Below are positions 36,666-46,629 of a stretch of DNA of 64,000 nt, one piece after another. This DNA is from an uncultured Spirochaetales bacterium (GTDB lineage Bacteria > Spirochaetota > Spirochaetia > Sphaerochaetales > Sphaerochaetaceae): contig CASDZV010000063.1 in NCBI GenBank assembly GCA_949285905.1, positions 5,050 through 69,049 on the forward strand, written 5' to 3'. Position 1 is the first letter of the stretch. The number at the start of each line of letters is the position of its first letter. The translations under genes were made by a program, and so were the position numbers. The notes beneath the pieces were generated by a model that searched no databases, had not been told where the DNA came from, and was given only the letters and a program-made list of their open reading frames with translations.

Positions 36666-37982
36666 ATGCAGAAAGCTATCAGAAAACTATCAGTACTTTT
36701 CCTGTTATCGGTTTTTGTCATTTCCGGCGCATTCGCAGGCGGAAACACAGATAAGGAAGTATCAGCTGATGAGCCAATCGAACTTGTCTATTGGTCTCAT
36801 TATGGCCAGAGTCCTGCATTCGTCGAGGCATTTGCCGATTCTGTTGAACTTGCCGCAAAGAATCTCGGGTATGACAATGTCACATGCAGAGCTGAGATTG
36901 TTGAGATGTCCGGCTATGAGACAAAATACATTACGGCGTTTACAAGCGGAACAGGACCGGACTTCTTTGTAGGACACCCTAGCGACTGGGCGCTTGACGG
37001 AGGAAAGAACCCTATAGCGATGGCATTTGACGATAAGGCGGCAACTGCATGGAATGAGTCTCTTGCTCCTGTCTTCATAGCTCAGGGGATTTTCAATGAT
37101 CAGAGATATGGATTCCCTGTTGCCGGAGATAATCTCCAGCTTCTTTATATCAATACTGATGCGATGATTGAGGCAGGTCTTGATCCGGAGACAGATATTC
37201 CTTCTACGATGGATGAGTTCATGGAAGTTGCAAAGGCTCTCACAAAGAGAGATGCAGATGGTAACATCATCCGTTCCGGATTCCAGCCAAGATATCTCGG
37301 AGGAGGAGAGGGCGTTTCAGGCAAGGTAATGGCATGGTTCCATAACAATGGAGGCAAGGTTATTGCTGATGATTTCTCCACAAGCCAGGGGTATGTGAAC
37401 AGCGCGGATTCCAAAGAAGCTATGAAGTGGTTCCAGACACTTGTACAGGAGACAGCGAATCTTGAGTTCGGCGCACCTGAGACAGCATTCCAGTCAGGAC
37501 AGGCTGCTATAATTAATAGAGAAGCCTGGTTTGCAGATGATACAATTCAGAAGGCACCGAATATCAATTTTGTCTGCGCTCCGTTCCCAGCTGGTAAGAT
37601 TGATATGGCTCCGGACACAGGTACATCCAACTGGAGCAACATGGTGAATTCTCAGACAAAGTACCCTGAACTGTGCCAGGAAATCCTTGCGGAACTTGCT
37701 AAGCCTGAATATGACATCACGCTGCATGCACCTGCCGCATATGCACCAGCTTGTACAGCAACACTCACACTTGATAACGAGTATTTCGGAAAACAGCCAT
37801 ATGCAGAGGCTATGATGGCGATGATAAATAAGCCAGCAGGACCTGTTTATGACATGATTCCTGAGTGGACACAGATTGTTGCTATGTTCGGAGACACAGT
37901 TTCAGCTATCATCGGTGGCGCAGATGTTGATACAGAACTCGATGCGCTGGCAGTCAGAATAGATAATGTTCTCAATCAGTAA
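36666..37982 (+). CDS. extracellular sugar-binding protein (ABC SBP)
   Basis: Signal peptide MQKAIRKLSVLFLLSVFVISGAFAGG. 438 aa, followed by two sugar permease genes. Confidence 0.8.
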   Translation: MQKAIRKLSVLFLLSVFVISGAFAGGNTDKEVSADEPIELVYWSHYGQSPAFVEAFADSVELAAKNLGYDNVTCRAEIVEMSGYETKYITAFTSGTGPDFFVGHPSDWALDGGKNPIAMAFDDKAATAWNESLAPVFIAQGIFNDQRYGFPVAGDNLQLLYINTDAMIEAGLDPETDIPSTMDEFMEVAKALTKRDADGNIIRSGFQPRYLGGGEGVSGKVMAWFHNNGGKVIADDFSTSQGYVNSADSKEAMKWFQTLVQETANLEFGAPETAFQSGQAAIINREAWFADDTIQKAPNINFVCAPFPAGKIDMAPDTGTSNWSNMVNSQTKYPELCQEILAELAKPEYDITLHAPAAYAPACTATLTLDNEYFGKQPYAEAMMAMINKPAGPVYDMIPEWTQIVAMFGDTVSAIIGGADVDTELDALAVRIDNVLNQ

Positions 37983-38049
37983 GAGAATCTTTTAAGTCTG
38001 CGGGGCATTCAGCTTCGCAGACACAATTCAGGATTATTGGTGAAAACAG

Positions 38050-38925
38050 ATGAAAACGAGAAATAAATATATGCTGACGGGATTCCTCTTTGTCCTGCCT
38101 TCTCTTATGTATTTCATATTTGTCTTCCTGTCCCCGTTGCTGCTCAGCTTCATCAATTCGCTATGCAAGGTGAATCTGATGCTCGGTTCAAGGGATTTCA
38201 TAGGATTAAAGAACTTCACGAACCTTCTCTCCCGTGATTATTTCTGGTCTTCTCTCTGGATAACACTAAAGTTCGTCGTTATGAGCGTTCCCATGATGAT
38301 TGTTGTTGATTTATTTGTGGCAAATCAGCTCTCATCCTTTACCGGAAGCTTTGGACGGCTCCTCTCGACGATTTCTTTTCTGCCATTCATTGTGTCCATG
38401 GCCGCAGCAGGTATGGTATGGGATTGGATTCTCGATCCATCGCTTGGATTGATGAATGCGCTTCTTGGGGCGATTCATCTGCCACAGCCATTGTGGCTGA
38501 GAAGTCCTGACAGTGCATTGTATTCAACACTCCTTATCACGCTATGGATACGAGCCCCGTTCGGAATAATGATTCTTGTAGGAGGTATCCAGAATGTTTC
38601 CCCTGATTTGTATGAAGCCGCATCGCTGGATGGTGTGACTCCATTCCAGAGGTTTTTCAGAATCACGCTTCCTCTTATCAACCCGCAGCTTGTCATGGTG
38701 CTCACCCTGGAGACGATTTATGCATTCCGTGCGTTTGACCAGATCTACACATCAACTGGCGGTGGTCCTTCCGGAGCAACACGTACGCTGATGATTTACC
38801 TTATAAAAGATCTCTTCAATTCCGATTACGGGATGGCGTCAGCTCTGACAGTATTGATGCTCATAGGGATGTTTGTGATCAGTCTTCTTGAGCAGGCATT
38901 CCTCAGGAAGAAAGTGGATTATTAG
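38050..38925 (+). CDS. carbohydrate ABC transporter permease
   Basis: 291 aa polytopic protein with EAA loop GGIQNVSPDLYEAASLDGV. Confidence 0.85.
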   Translation: MKTRNKYMLTGFLFVLPSLMYFIFVFLSPLLLSFINSLCKVNLMLGSRDFIGLKNFTNLLSRDYFWSSLWITLKFVVMSVPMMIVVDLFVANQLSSFTGSFGRLLSTISFLPFIVSMAAAGMVWDWILDPSLGLMNALLGAIHLPQPLWLRSPDSALYSTLLITLWIRAPFGIMILVGGIQNVSPDLYEAASLDGVTPFQRFFRITLPLINPQLVMVLTLETIYAFRAFDQIYTSTGGGPSGATRTLMIYLIKDLFNSDYGMASALTVLMLIGMFVISLLEQAFLRKKVDY

Positions 38926-38934
38926 GAGAATGGT

Positions 38935-39801
38935 ATGAAAAAGCATATTTCTATTGGAATGATATTCAGCAGGATTCTTCTTGCTCTGTTCTTCATCTTC
39001 GTGCTTATTCCATTTGTGATGGTTATCTTCACGTCATTCAAATCCACGATGGAGATCAATGATATGCCAAACAGAGATCTCTTTCACAGGATATTCCCGG
39101 ACAATCCGCTGGATTTCACGAATCTTATCAATGTCTTCACAGGAAAGGCCGCGCAGCTCAACGGAGTTCCTTTCTACAGATATATCATCAACTCATTTAT
39201 CATAACGCTGTTGTCTCTTTTCCCCGCGTTCATACTTGCATCCACTGCTGCATATGGTTTCGCGAAGTATAGCTTTCCAGGGAAGAACATCATTTTCTAC
39301 ATGTTCCTAGGTCTTGTTATGATACCGATGGAAATGATTTCCATTCCTCTTTTTATGACAGTCAGCAAGCTACGCATGGTCAACACATATATTGGAATGA
39401 TGATTCCATCCTTTATCTCTGCATTCGGTACGTTCCTGCTGAAGGAATCGATGGAGCAGATATCAAACTCATATATAGAGGCGGGGAGAATTGATGGAGC
39501 AGGAGAGTTCAATATATTCTCACGTCTGATTCTGCCGATGCTTTCAGGCCCGATTGTCACATTCATTGTCATCAAATGCACATGGAGCTGGAATGACTTC
39601 TTCTGGCCTCTGCTTGTGGTGTCAACAGATTACATGAAACCTGTTACACTTGGACTCAGTCGTTTTTCAAATGATCTTTTCAGAGAGTATGGCCAGCTCA
39701 ATGCCGCGGTTCTTCTTAGTCTCATACCGCTGCTGCTCGTATTCATTTTTGGAAACAAACAGATCAAGACCGGACTTATGGGTGCTGGTATCAAGGGGTG
39801 A
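38935..39801 (+). CDS. carbohydrate ABC transporter permease
   Basis: 288 aa polytopic protein with EAA loop MEQISNSYIEAGRIDGAG. Confidence 0.85.
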   Translation: MKKHISIGMIFSRILLALFFIFVLIPFVMVIFTSFKSTMEINDMPNRDLFHRIFPDNPLDFTNLINVFTGKAAQLNGVPFYRYIINSFIITLLSLFPAFILASTAAYGFAKYSFPGKNIIFYMFLGLVMIPMEMISIPLFMTVSKLRMVNTYIGMMIPSFISAFGTFLLKESMEQISNSYIEAGRIDGAGEFNIFSRLILPMLSGPIVTFIVIKCTWSWNDFFWPLLVVSTDYMKPVTLGLSRFSNDLFREYGQLNAAVLLSLIPLLLVFIFGNKQIKTGLMGAGIKG

Positions 39802-39805
39802 GTGT

Positions 39806-41509
39806 ATGAAAAAACTGGAAACTAGAGAAGATTTCATAGAACTTCTTTCTGCTATGCTGACTCCGCTGAAGCCCTTCTACACCGATGCGAGAGGGCGGAT
39901 AAAGCTCTCTGGCGCTGGAGCACTGTATTGTCAGGATTCAGTTGAGATGGAAGCGTTTGCAAGACCTCTGTGGGGACTTTCCGCCCTGTGGAAGAACGGA
40001 GACAGGCTTGCACCATTTGAGGAGTGGTATCGGAAGGGTCTTGTCTCGGGATCGGATCCGTCTTCTCCTGAATACTGGGGAGAGGGAGGGGATGAGGATC
40101 AGCGTTATGTCGAGATGGCCCCGATAGCATTCGCACTCATGGCTTCCCCCGATGTTCTCTGGGATCCTCTGACGGAGGCGGAAAAAAATACTGTCGCATC
40201 GTATCTGTATAAAATAAATAATCACGAGATGCCAAAATGCAACTGGTATTTCTTCCGTATTCTTGTCAACACCGCACTTAAGCGCCTGGGCATGCCCTAC
40301 AGCGAGAAGAGGCTGAAGGAAGATGAGTCTTTCATAGAATCATGCTATCTCGGTAATGGTTGGTATAATGACGGCTACTCGGGACGGACTGATTATTATA
40401 TTGCGTTTGCAATGCATTTCTATTCATTGATCTGGTCGATGTATATCGATGATGAAAAGAAGAAAAAGATTATAATGGAGCGCGCCGAGAGATTCGCTGA
40501 GGATTTCATTTACTGGTTCTCATCATCCGGTGAATCGATTGCATATGGACGCTCCCTCACATATCGGTTTGCCCAGTGTTCATTCTGGTCTGCATATGCC
40601 GCAGCTGGTGGTAGGAATATTGCCATTGCAAAAGGCATTATTGTAAGGCACATGGAGGCATGGCTTAAAAACGGTATTTTTGATAACTCTGGCATTCTTA
40701 CTGTTGGTTATTGCTACCCTAATCTTTCGATGGCTGATAACTACAATGCGCCGGGAAGCCCTTACTGGGCACTCAAGGCTTTTGCAGTGCTTCTCATGGA
40801 CGAAAATGATAATTTCTGGAAAACGGAAACGGCACCACTTCCTCATCTTGAAAATATTCATGCAATCCCGGAGGCAAAGATGCTCATGCAGCACAGAGGA
40901 TGGGAGAGCGTATCTTTTGTTCCTGGAATGCTTGGAATGGGCTCGCTTGGTTATTTCAGTGACAAGTATGACAAATTCGCATACTCATCATCTTTCGCCT
41001 TCTCTGTTGCGCATACGTCAGAGACATTGGAGGAAGCCGCGCCAGATTCGATGCTCTGTTTCATTGCTGATGGCGTTGTAAGAGTCAGAAGGGGTTCTGA
41101 AAGTTATCGCATGGACGGAAACAGCCTCATATCAGAATGGTCACCATGTTCAGGTATAAAAGTCATCACAGAAATTACTGTCCATGGTAATTGTCATGAA
41201 AGAAAGCATACAATCGCGAGCAGTATTGGCTGCGTAGCTTATGATTCTGGATTCTCTGTGCCGAATCCGAGATCGGAGGAGAAAATACAGAAGAGAACCG
41301 ATTCTGTCTCAATTATGAGCGGAGGATATGTGTCAAACGCCTCTTGTATGAGCGGGAATGGTATGCCAGTAGTTGTCATTCCTTATCCGAATACTAACCT
41401 CCGGTGGAGGAATACGGCGTTTCCTTCAATAAAGATTGAAATCATGCCAGATACTACGACTGTTGTCGTAGACAGGTTCTATACAGAAAAGGAAGACAAA
41501 GATGATTGA
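39806..41509 (+). CDS. DUF2264-family protein
   Basis: The ATG at 39806 gives MKKLETREDFIELLSAMLTPLKPFYT...VEMEAFARPLWGL, which I recognise as the DUF2264 N-terminal pattern. The listed longer ORF overlaps the permease. Confidence 0.65.
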   Translation: MKKLETREDFIELLSAMLTPLKPFYTDARGRIKLSGAGALYCQDSVEMEAFARPLWGLSALWKNGDRLAPFEEWYRKGLVSGSDPSSPEYWGEGGDEDQRYVEMAPIAFALMASPDVLWDPLTEAEKNTVASYLYKINNHEMPKCNWYFFRILVNTALKRLGMPYSEKRLKEDESFIESCYLGNGWYNDGYSGRTDYYIAFAMHFYSLIWSMYIDDEKKKKIIMERAERFAEDFIYWFSSSGESIAYGRSLTYRFAQCSFWSAYAAAGGRNIAIAKGIIVRHMEAWLKNGIFDNSGILTVGYCYPNLSMADNYNAPGSPYWALKAFAVLLMDENDNFWKTETAPLPHLENIHAIPEAKMLMQHRGWESVSFVPGMLGMGSLGYFSDKYDKFAYSSSFAFSVAHTSETLEEAAPDSMLCFIADGVVRVRRGSESYRMDGNSLISEWSPCSGIKVITEITVHGNCHERKHTIASSIGCVAYDSGFSVPNPRSEEKIQKRTDSVSIMSGGYVSNASCMSGNGMPVVVIPYPNTNLRWRNTAFPSIKIEIMPDTTTVVVDRFYTEKEDKDD

Positions 41510-43241
41510 AGATAGATGTAAAGCACTTCTTTCTCGTTGGTGTGAGAGGCTGCGTTCACTGCAGGTAACAGGAACAGGAGATAGACGGCTTGATGGAGGA
41601 CTTTTATGCCCCGCATGTCAGATTATGCATGGAAGAGCGCAGGACGCGATGTATCCATTCCTGACAATGGCCTCCTTTACAAATGATGAGAAATGGATTG
41701 AGAGCGCAGAAGCGCTTTTTGACTGGGCTGATTACAATCTTTATCTTGGTAATGGTTTGTACCTGAATGATGTCAATCTTGAATGGAGTGGTACGACAGT
41801 ATTCACGACCGTGCAGCTTTGCGACTGTATTCTCCATCATGGTGATATCCTCGATGCTGGGTTCCGGAAGAGAATCAGTGAGAGAATCATGGCATCGGCT
41901 CAAGCACTCTCTGTGTATGAGGAACTGAAAGAAAACAACATAAATTATCTTCTTTCGAATGCACTTGCTCTCTATGAAGCATGGATGGTGACAGGGAATG
42001 ACAGGTTCAGGGATGCGTCCGGAGAATTCCTGGAATCTGGGGGGGATGCATTCCTTTCAAATGGTCTCATAGCAGGCGAGGGGCATCCTCGTGAGCCACT
42101 CTCCCCGAGAGGATGCAGTCCTGTTGATATCGGATATAACGTGGAGGAGACTCTTGTTTCATTGGCTCGGCTCTCTGTTTTGTCCGGTGATGAGAAGCTT
42201 CAGGAAAAGATCGGGCATTGCATTTTAGCTCATCTTGATTTTCTTCTTCCTGACGGAGGCTGGGATAACAGCTTTGGAACCAGAAATTTCAAATGGTCAT
42301 ACTGGGGAAGCCGGACATCTGACGGATCTCTTGAGATGTTTCTTACCTTTGCTGACAAGTATCCTGTTCTGAAAACAGCGGCTTCAAGATATCTTGGTCT
42401 GCTGGAAAAATGCACTCATTCTGATCTCCTTGCAGGAGGTCCGGATTATGATGCGATGGGGCAGTCACCATGCATTCACCATACATTTACTCATGCAAAA
42501 TCACTTGCTGCTGTAATAGATAACAATCTTGGTTTAGTGGACGATGGAGAGTCTCTCTTGTCGCTTCCACGCGAAACGCTGAGAGGTATAAAGCGTTTTG
42601 AGAATATCTCGACATATGTTGCAAGCGGGGAGAAGTATACAGCGACAGTTACAGGTAGCGACTGGAGATACTGTGAATGTGATCATACGAGCGGAGGTAC
42701 GCTCTCGCTGCTCTATGGCAACGCCTCCGGTCCTGTTCTTGCAGCTGGAATGCGCAAATACTGGATTGTTGAGTATAACAACATGCAGATCCCCCGTCTT
42801 GTCAAACATCATGAATGTGTTGTTCCGCGTATTGAAGCGGAGATTGGCGGCAGCATCTATTCGTCAATGAATGATTCATTTGCCAGAATCGGAGTTTATG
42901 ATGACAGGATAGATGTAGATGGTTACCTTGCTTCCTATGATGGACAGAGATCTTCATCGAAGTATTCATTTATCTATCATTTCAGGAGAGAATCTCTGAC
43001 TGTGGAGGTGGCAGCTGATAATGGGACATTTATTGTTCCGTTCATTGCCCATCCGGATGATGATGTTGTGATTTCGGAAAAGATGCTCAGGCGCAAAGGT
43101 GTTACTATGACATCATCAGCAGAGATCATTTTCCCATATGGAAAAGAACGTATATTCAACATGATACCGGGATTTGCGGCTGTCAGAGCTGATATTATGT
43201 TATCCGGAGGCAAGGCTGTACTGGAATTTGATTTCTCATGA
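41502..43241 (+). CDS. hypothetical protein, possibly an (alpha/alpha)-toroid polysaccharide-processing enzyme
   Basis: 579 aa with no signal peptide. CPACQIMHGR lies near the N-terminus. The gene is translationally overlapped with its DUF2264 and GH88 neighbours. The function is not recognisable. Confidence 0.5.
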   Translation: MIEDRCKALLSRWCERLRSLQVTGTGDRRLDGGLLCPACQIMHGRAQDAMYPFLTMASFTNDEKWIESAEALFDWADYNLYLGNGLYLNDVNLEWSGTTVFTTVQLCDCILHHGDILDAGFRKRISERIMASAQALSVYEELKENNINYLLSNALALYEAWMVTGNDRFRDASGEFLESGGDAFLSNGLIAGEGHPREPLSPRGCSPVDIGYNVEETLVSLARLSVLSGDEKLQEKIGHCILAHLDFLLPDGGWDNSFGTRNFKWSYWGSRTSDGSLEMFLTFADKYPVLKTAASRYLGLLEKCTHSDLLAGGPDYDAMGQSPCIHHTFTHAKSLAAVIDNNLGLVDDGESLLSLPRETLRGIKRFENISTYVASGEKYTATVTGSDWRYCECDHTSGGTLSLLYGNASGPVLAAGMRKYWIVEYNNMQIPRLVKHHECVVPRIEAEIGGSIYSSMNDSFARIGVYDDRIDVDGYLASYDGQRSSSKYSFIYHFRRESLTVEVAADNGTFIVPFIAHPDDDVVISEKMLRRKGVTMTSSAEIIFPYGKERIFNMIPGFAAVRADIMLSGGKAVLEFDFS

Positions 43242-43258
43242 TTTTGCAGGAGATTTAC

Positions 43259-44359
43259 ATGGATAACAGAACTTGGGCTGAAGGGATTCTCTCAAAAGCC
43301 ACAGAGAAGATAAAGAGTGTTGTAGAGAGGAATGCACATAAGATTCCATACATCACGACAAATGGTGTGTACGATGATTGCAGCAAGAAAAGGCCATCCT
43401 GGTGGACTAATGGTTTCTGGGCAGGCATTCTCTGGGAGATGAATGTGCTTACAGGTGATGCTTACTATGCTGATCTCGCATCTGAAGTTGAGGATGTTAT
43501 GGCACCTGGACTGACAGATTATGAAACACTTGACCATGATAACGGATTCAGATGGCTGCTGACATCTGTGTATCACTACAAACGTACAGGAAACAGAATA
43601 TCCAGAAACAGAAGTCTCCTGGCTGCGAATGCTCTTGCCGGGCGCTATAATCCTGCAGGGCAGTTTATCAGAGCCTGGAATGATGACGGCATCGATGACC
43701 GGAGAGGATGGGCGATTATCGACTGCATGATGAATCTGCCATTGCTCTACTGGGCCTCCGAGGAGACAGCAGATCCCCGTTTCCGAAAGATAGCAGAGCT
43801 CCATGCAACGAGAGTGATTGACACGTTCATCAGAAATGATGGCTCTGCGTGTCATATTGTCGAGTTCAATCCAGAGACAGGTGAACGTGTCTGCTCGCAT
43901 GGCGGGCAGGGTTACAGCCACGGCTCATCCTGGACAAGAGGCCAGGCCTGGGCGGTTTATGGCTTCATGCTCAGTTTCATACACACAGGAACTGAGAAAT
44001 ATCTGAAAGCTGCCCGGAGAGTAGCAGATTATTTCATCAGCACTATGCCTGAAAGCTGGCTTGTTCCCATAGATTTCAGGCAGCCTGCAGACATCAGTCT
44101 GGAAGATTCCACAGCAGCTGCCATAGCTGCGTGCGGCATGATTGAGATTGGTGATGAAAAGTATTTGTCTTGTGCTGTGAATATGCTTAAAACGCTTGCA
44201 GACAAGCGTATGAATCTGGATTCTGCTGTCGATAACCTGATAGAAAACGGCTCTGTTGCATACCATTCAGATGAACATCACAGGGGAATTGTCTATGGCG
44301 ATTTCTTTTTCATCGAGGCGCTGATGAAGCTGGCAGGAAAGAGTTTTTTCCCATGGTAG
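43259..44359 (+). CDS. glycoside hydrolase family 88 (unsaturated glucuronyl/galacturonyl hydrolase)
   Basis: AGGAGA RBS, then the ATG at 43259. GH88-like motifs: WWTNGFWAGILWEM, HDNGF, WAIIDCMMNLPLLYW and GSSWTRGQAWAVYGF. Confidence 0.8.
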   Translation: MDNRTWAEGILSKATEKIKSVVERNAHKIPYITTNGVYDDCSKKRPSWWTNGFWAGILWEMNVLTGDAYYADLASEVEDVMAPGLTDYETLDHDNGFRWLLTSVYHYKRTGNRISRNRSLLAANALAGRYNPAGQFIRAWNDDGIDDRRGWAIIDCMMNLPLLYWASEETADPRFRKIAELHATRVIDTFIRNDGSACHIVEFNPETGERVCSHGGQGYSHGSSWTRGQAWAVYGFMLSFIHTGTEKYLKAARRVADYFISTMPESWLVPIDFRQPADISLEDSTAAAIAACGMIEIGDEKYLSCAVNMLKTLADKRMNLDSAVDNLIENGSVAYHSDEHHRGIVYGDFFFIEALMKLAGKSFFPW

Positions 44360-44531
44360 GAATAGTTACTGCTGTGTAGAAGTATTTCATATGGACCGAG
44401 GCAGGCTGGCTCAGCAATCTGACTCAGTCTGATGAAGTTTCTGAAATTCCTTGCTTTCATTTTTCTGAGCATCAGTTTAGAATTAATTTGACTAAAGAAT
44501 TCTTGAGATTTAAAGAAAAATGGAGGTGGAT

Positions 44532-44795
44532 ATGAACCTTGCCAGAGTGTCCCAGAATGGACAGATTACAGTCCCCGCTGAAATCAGGCGTCAGCTTGGT
44601 TTGAAATCCGGTGACAAGATTCTGTTCTTTCGGAATAATAACGGAGAAATTGTTATGATCAATGCATCTGTTTCTGCTCTCCTAAAAGCCCAGAATGCAT
44701 TATCCGGAGTCGCAGAAGAAATCGGAATCCGAGATGAGAATGATATTCAGTCGCTGGTGGATTCTGTACGATATGATGGGAAGAAGAGATTGTGA
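44532..44795 (+). CDS. AbrB/SpoVT-type antitoxin
   Basis: GGAGG RBS 5 nt before the ATG at 44532. MNLARVSQNGQITVPAEIRRQLGLKSGDKILFF. Confidence 0.75.
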   Translation: MNLARVSQNGQITVPAEIRRQLGLKSGDKILFFRNNNGEIVMINASVSALLKAQNALSGVAEEIGIRDENDIQSLVDSVRYDGKKRL

Positions 44796-45178
44796 GAGTG
44801 CTCATTGACACTAATGTGCTGTTTTCAGCACTGCTCTTTCCATTATCGAAACCAGCAATAGCGTTGAGAAAAGCAGTTAGTGAACATACTGTTGTTCTGT
44901 GTGAACAGAATATCGCGGAGCTTAGGGAGATTATATCTAGGAAAGCCCCGAATTATCTTTCTGTCATTGACGCGTTCTTTGCAGAGTTTCAGTTTGAGCT
45001 GATTCCTTCGGTCGAGAATTCTGAGATAATCATCAGAGATGCCAAGGATCAACCTATACTGAATGCGTCGATTGCCTTTGATGTGGATTTGATAATCACT
45101 GGCGACAAGGATTTCCTGGCGCTTGAAATAGCGCGACCGATCTGTATTACCGCAGCATCATTTATTGATGAATATTAG
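44792..45178 (+). CDS. PIN-domain toxin
   Basis: GTG start overlapping the antitoxin stop. MRVLIDTNVLFSALLF..., then later DAKDQPILNASI and ITGDKDF. Confidence 0.75.
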   Translation: MRVLIDTNVLFSALLFPLSKPAIALRKAVSEHTVVLCEQNIAELREIISRKAPNYLSVIDAFFAEFQFELIPSVENSEIIIRDAKDQPILNASIAFDVDLIITGDKDFLALEIARPICITAASFIDEY

Positions 45179-45245
45179 TTTTGTTCTCTTTAATTTTCGT
45201 ATGAACACCATCTGTTGAAGGATGAATATGTCACAAGGTGGATTG

Positions 45246-46115
45246 TCATTCTATTGCTGATCTATGTCGCTCCTCCATCTGGAATTTCTTCGGACCCACT
45301 GAATAACATTCCTTGAACGACCTGCTGAAATGAGAGAGATTCTTGAATCCTGTAAGCGCACACGCGTCATCAACTGAATATCCGTCAGCGAGGAGATTCC
45401 TGGCTTTCATCAGTCTGCACATCTTTACATGCTGCATTGGCGTGAATCCAGATACATGCTTGAAGAGCTTGCAGAACGCATGTCTGCTCATGCCGGCTGT
45501 CCGGCATATGTCATCAAGTGAGAAATCCTCATCAAGATGTGTGTATATGTAGTTAAGTGCTTTCAGTAAAGCGGGGTAGGAATACGGCATATCGATGCTT
45601 CCTATCAGATGTACACGTCTGTATTCCTTGTTTATCAGAAGGAGAATAAGGCCTACACATAGTTTCTTCTGCAACTCATATCCGTAGTCTCCTTCCTTGT
45701 TCTGAATGAGCTTGTCGAGTATGTATTTCAGCTCACTGTGTGTTTCTTCTGATAGTGTCAGTTTCTGCGGATGTTCGGAGAAACGCAGAAAAAAACACTC
45801 AAGGAGAAAATCCTCATTGGCAGATAATGACTCAATGAACGATGGCTGGAAATAGAGTACGTATCTTTCATATATGCATTTCCTGTCAAAACAAATGCCA
45901 TGAAGATCCATGTTGTTGAAGATGAATACAGTTCCAGGTTCTATGCTGATGTCCTCATTGTTCACGATGCACCTTGATGGTCCTTTCTCTATCAGCAGAA
46001 TTTCCAGCGCATCATGGTAGTGGTAAGAGAGCATCCCGCTCTCCATTTCAGATATGTGGTGCTGCACTGAAAAATCATTGCTGAGAATCTCTTTGAACTG
46101 TTCCCTGTCTTTCAT
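45246..46115 (-). CDS. AraC-family regulator
   Basis: Cupin-like N-terminus (HYHDALEILLIEKG) and AraC HTH (FSLDDICRTAGMSRHAFCKLFK...SHFSRSFKECYSVGPKKF). Confidence 0.85.
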   Translation of the reverse strand: MKDREQFKEILSNDFSVQHHISEMESGMLSYHYHDALEILLIEKGPSRCIVNNEDISIEPGTVFIFNNMDLHGICFDRKCIYERYVLYFQPSFIESLSANEDFLLECFFLRFSEHPQKLTLSEETHSELKYILDKLIQNKEGDYGYELQKKLCVGLILLLINKEYRRVHLIGSIDMPYSYPALLKALNYIYTHLDEDFSLDDICRTAGMSRHAFCKLFKHVSGFTPMQHVKMCRLMKARNLLADGYSVDDACALTGFKNLSHFSRSFKECYSVGPKKFQMEERHRSAIE

Positions 46116-46239
46116 CTTATGCAGATTATAGCGCTATTAAGTGAAATGAGAATGGACAATGACACAATAAGTCAAATTTTTCACACAAGTAAAACAATAT
46201 TCCGGAGGCACTCAGGTATTCTATGAATGAGGGTATGAG

Positions 46240-46629
46240 ATGAATGATTTTCTTTCCCGCCAGAAAGATGCGAAAAGACTAATGGAGATGATGAGAACAG
46301 AAAGAGAAGAGGAAACGTTTGTCTCTCTTTTCAATGATTACATCAGGGACAAGTTCAACATTAATAAAGATGTCTCATGCTCTGATCTTTATAATCTTGC
46401 TCTTATGAGCATAAGAGGTGGAACGGAGTCTTCTGCGGATGTCACTTCTGTTTCCGAAAAGCGTGATTGTCACAATATCTCATCCCCAGTGAAGAAGCTG
46501 ACGCTTTTTCTCTTCCATGTGGAAAAGGAGTTCGGAATAGTGTTTGATGACTGGAAGCTGCTGGATGTGAACACGACTGATGATCTCGCCCGGTATTGTT
46601 ATTCTCTGCTTGGAGTACAGGATGTTTAG
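46240..46629 (+). CDS. hypothetical protein with ACP-like C-terminal helix pattern
   Basis: 129 aa with a GAGGG RBS. The C-terminus HVEKEFGIVFDDWKLLDVNTTDDLARYC resembles carrier-protein helices 2-3, but no DSL serine motif is seen. Confidence 0.45.
   Translation: MNDFLSRQKDAKRLMEMMRTEREEETFVSLFNDYIRDKFNINKDVSCSDLYNLALMSIRGGTESSADVTSVSEKRDCHNISSPVKKLTLFLFHVEKEFGIVFDDWKLLDVNTTDDLARYCYSLLGVQDV

Noticed and set aside
43292-43921. 209 aa minus-strand ORF (and 43925-44266) inside the GH88 gene
   Set aside because: It is antisense to a gene with strong family motifs. This is a typical shadow ORF.
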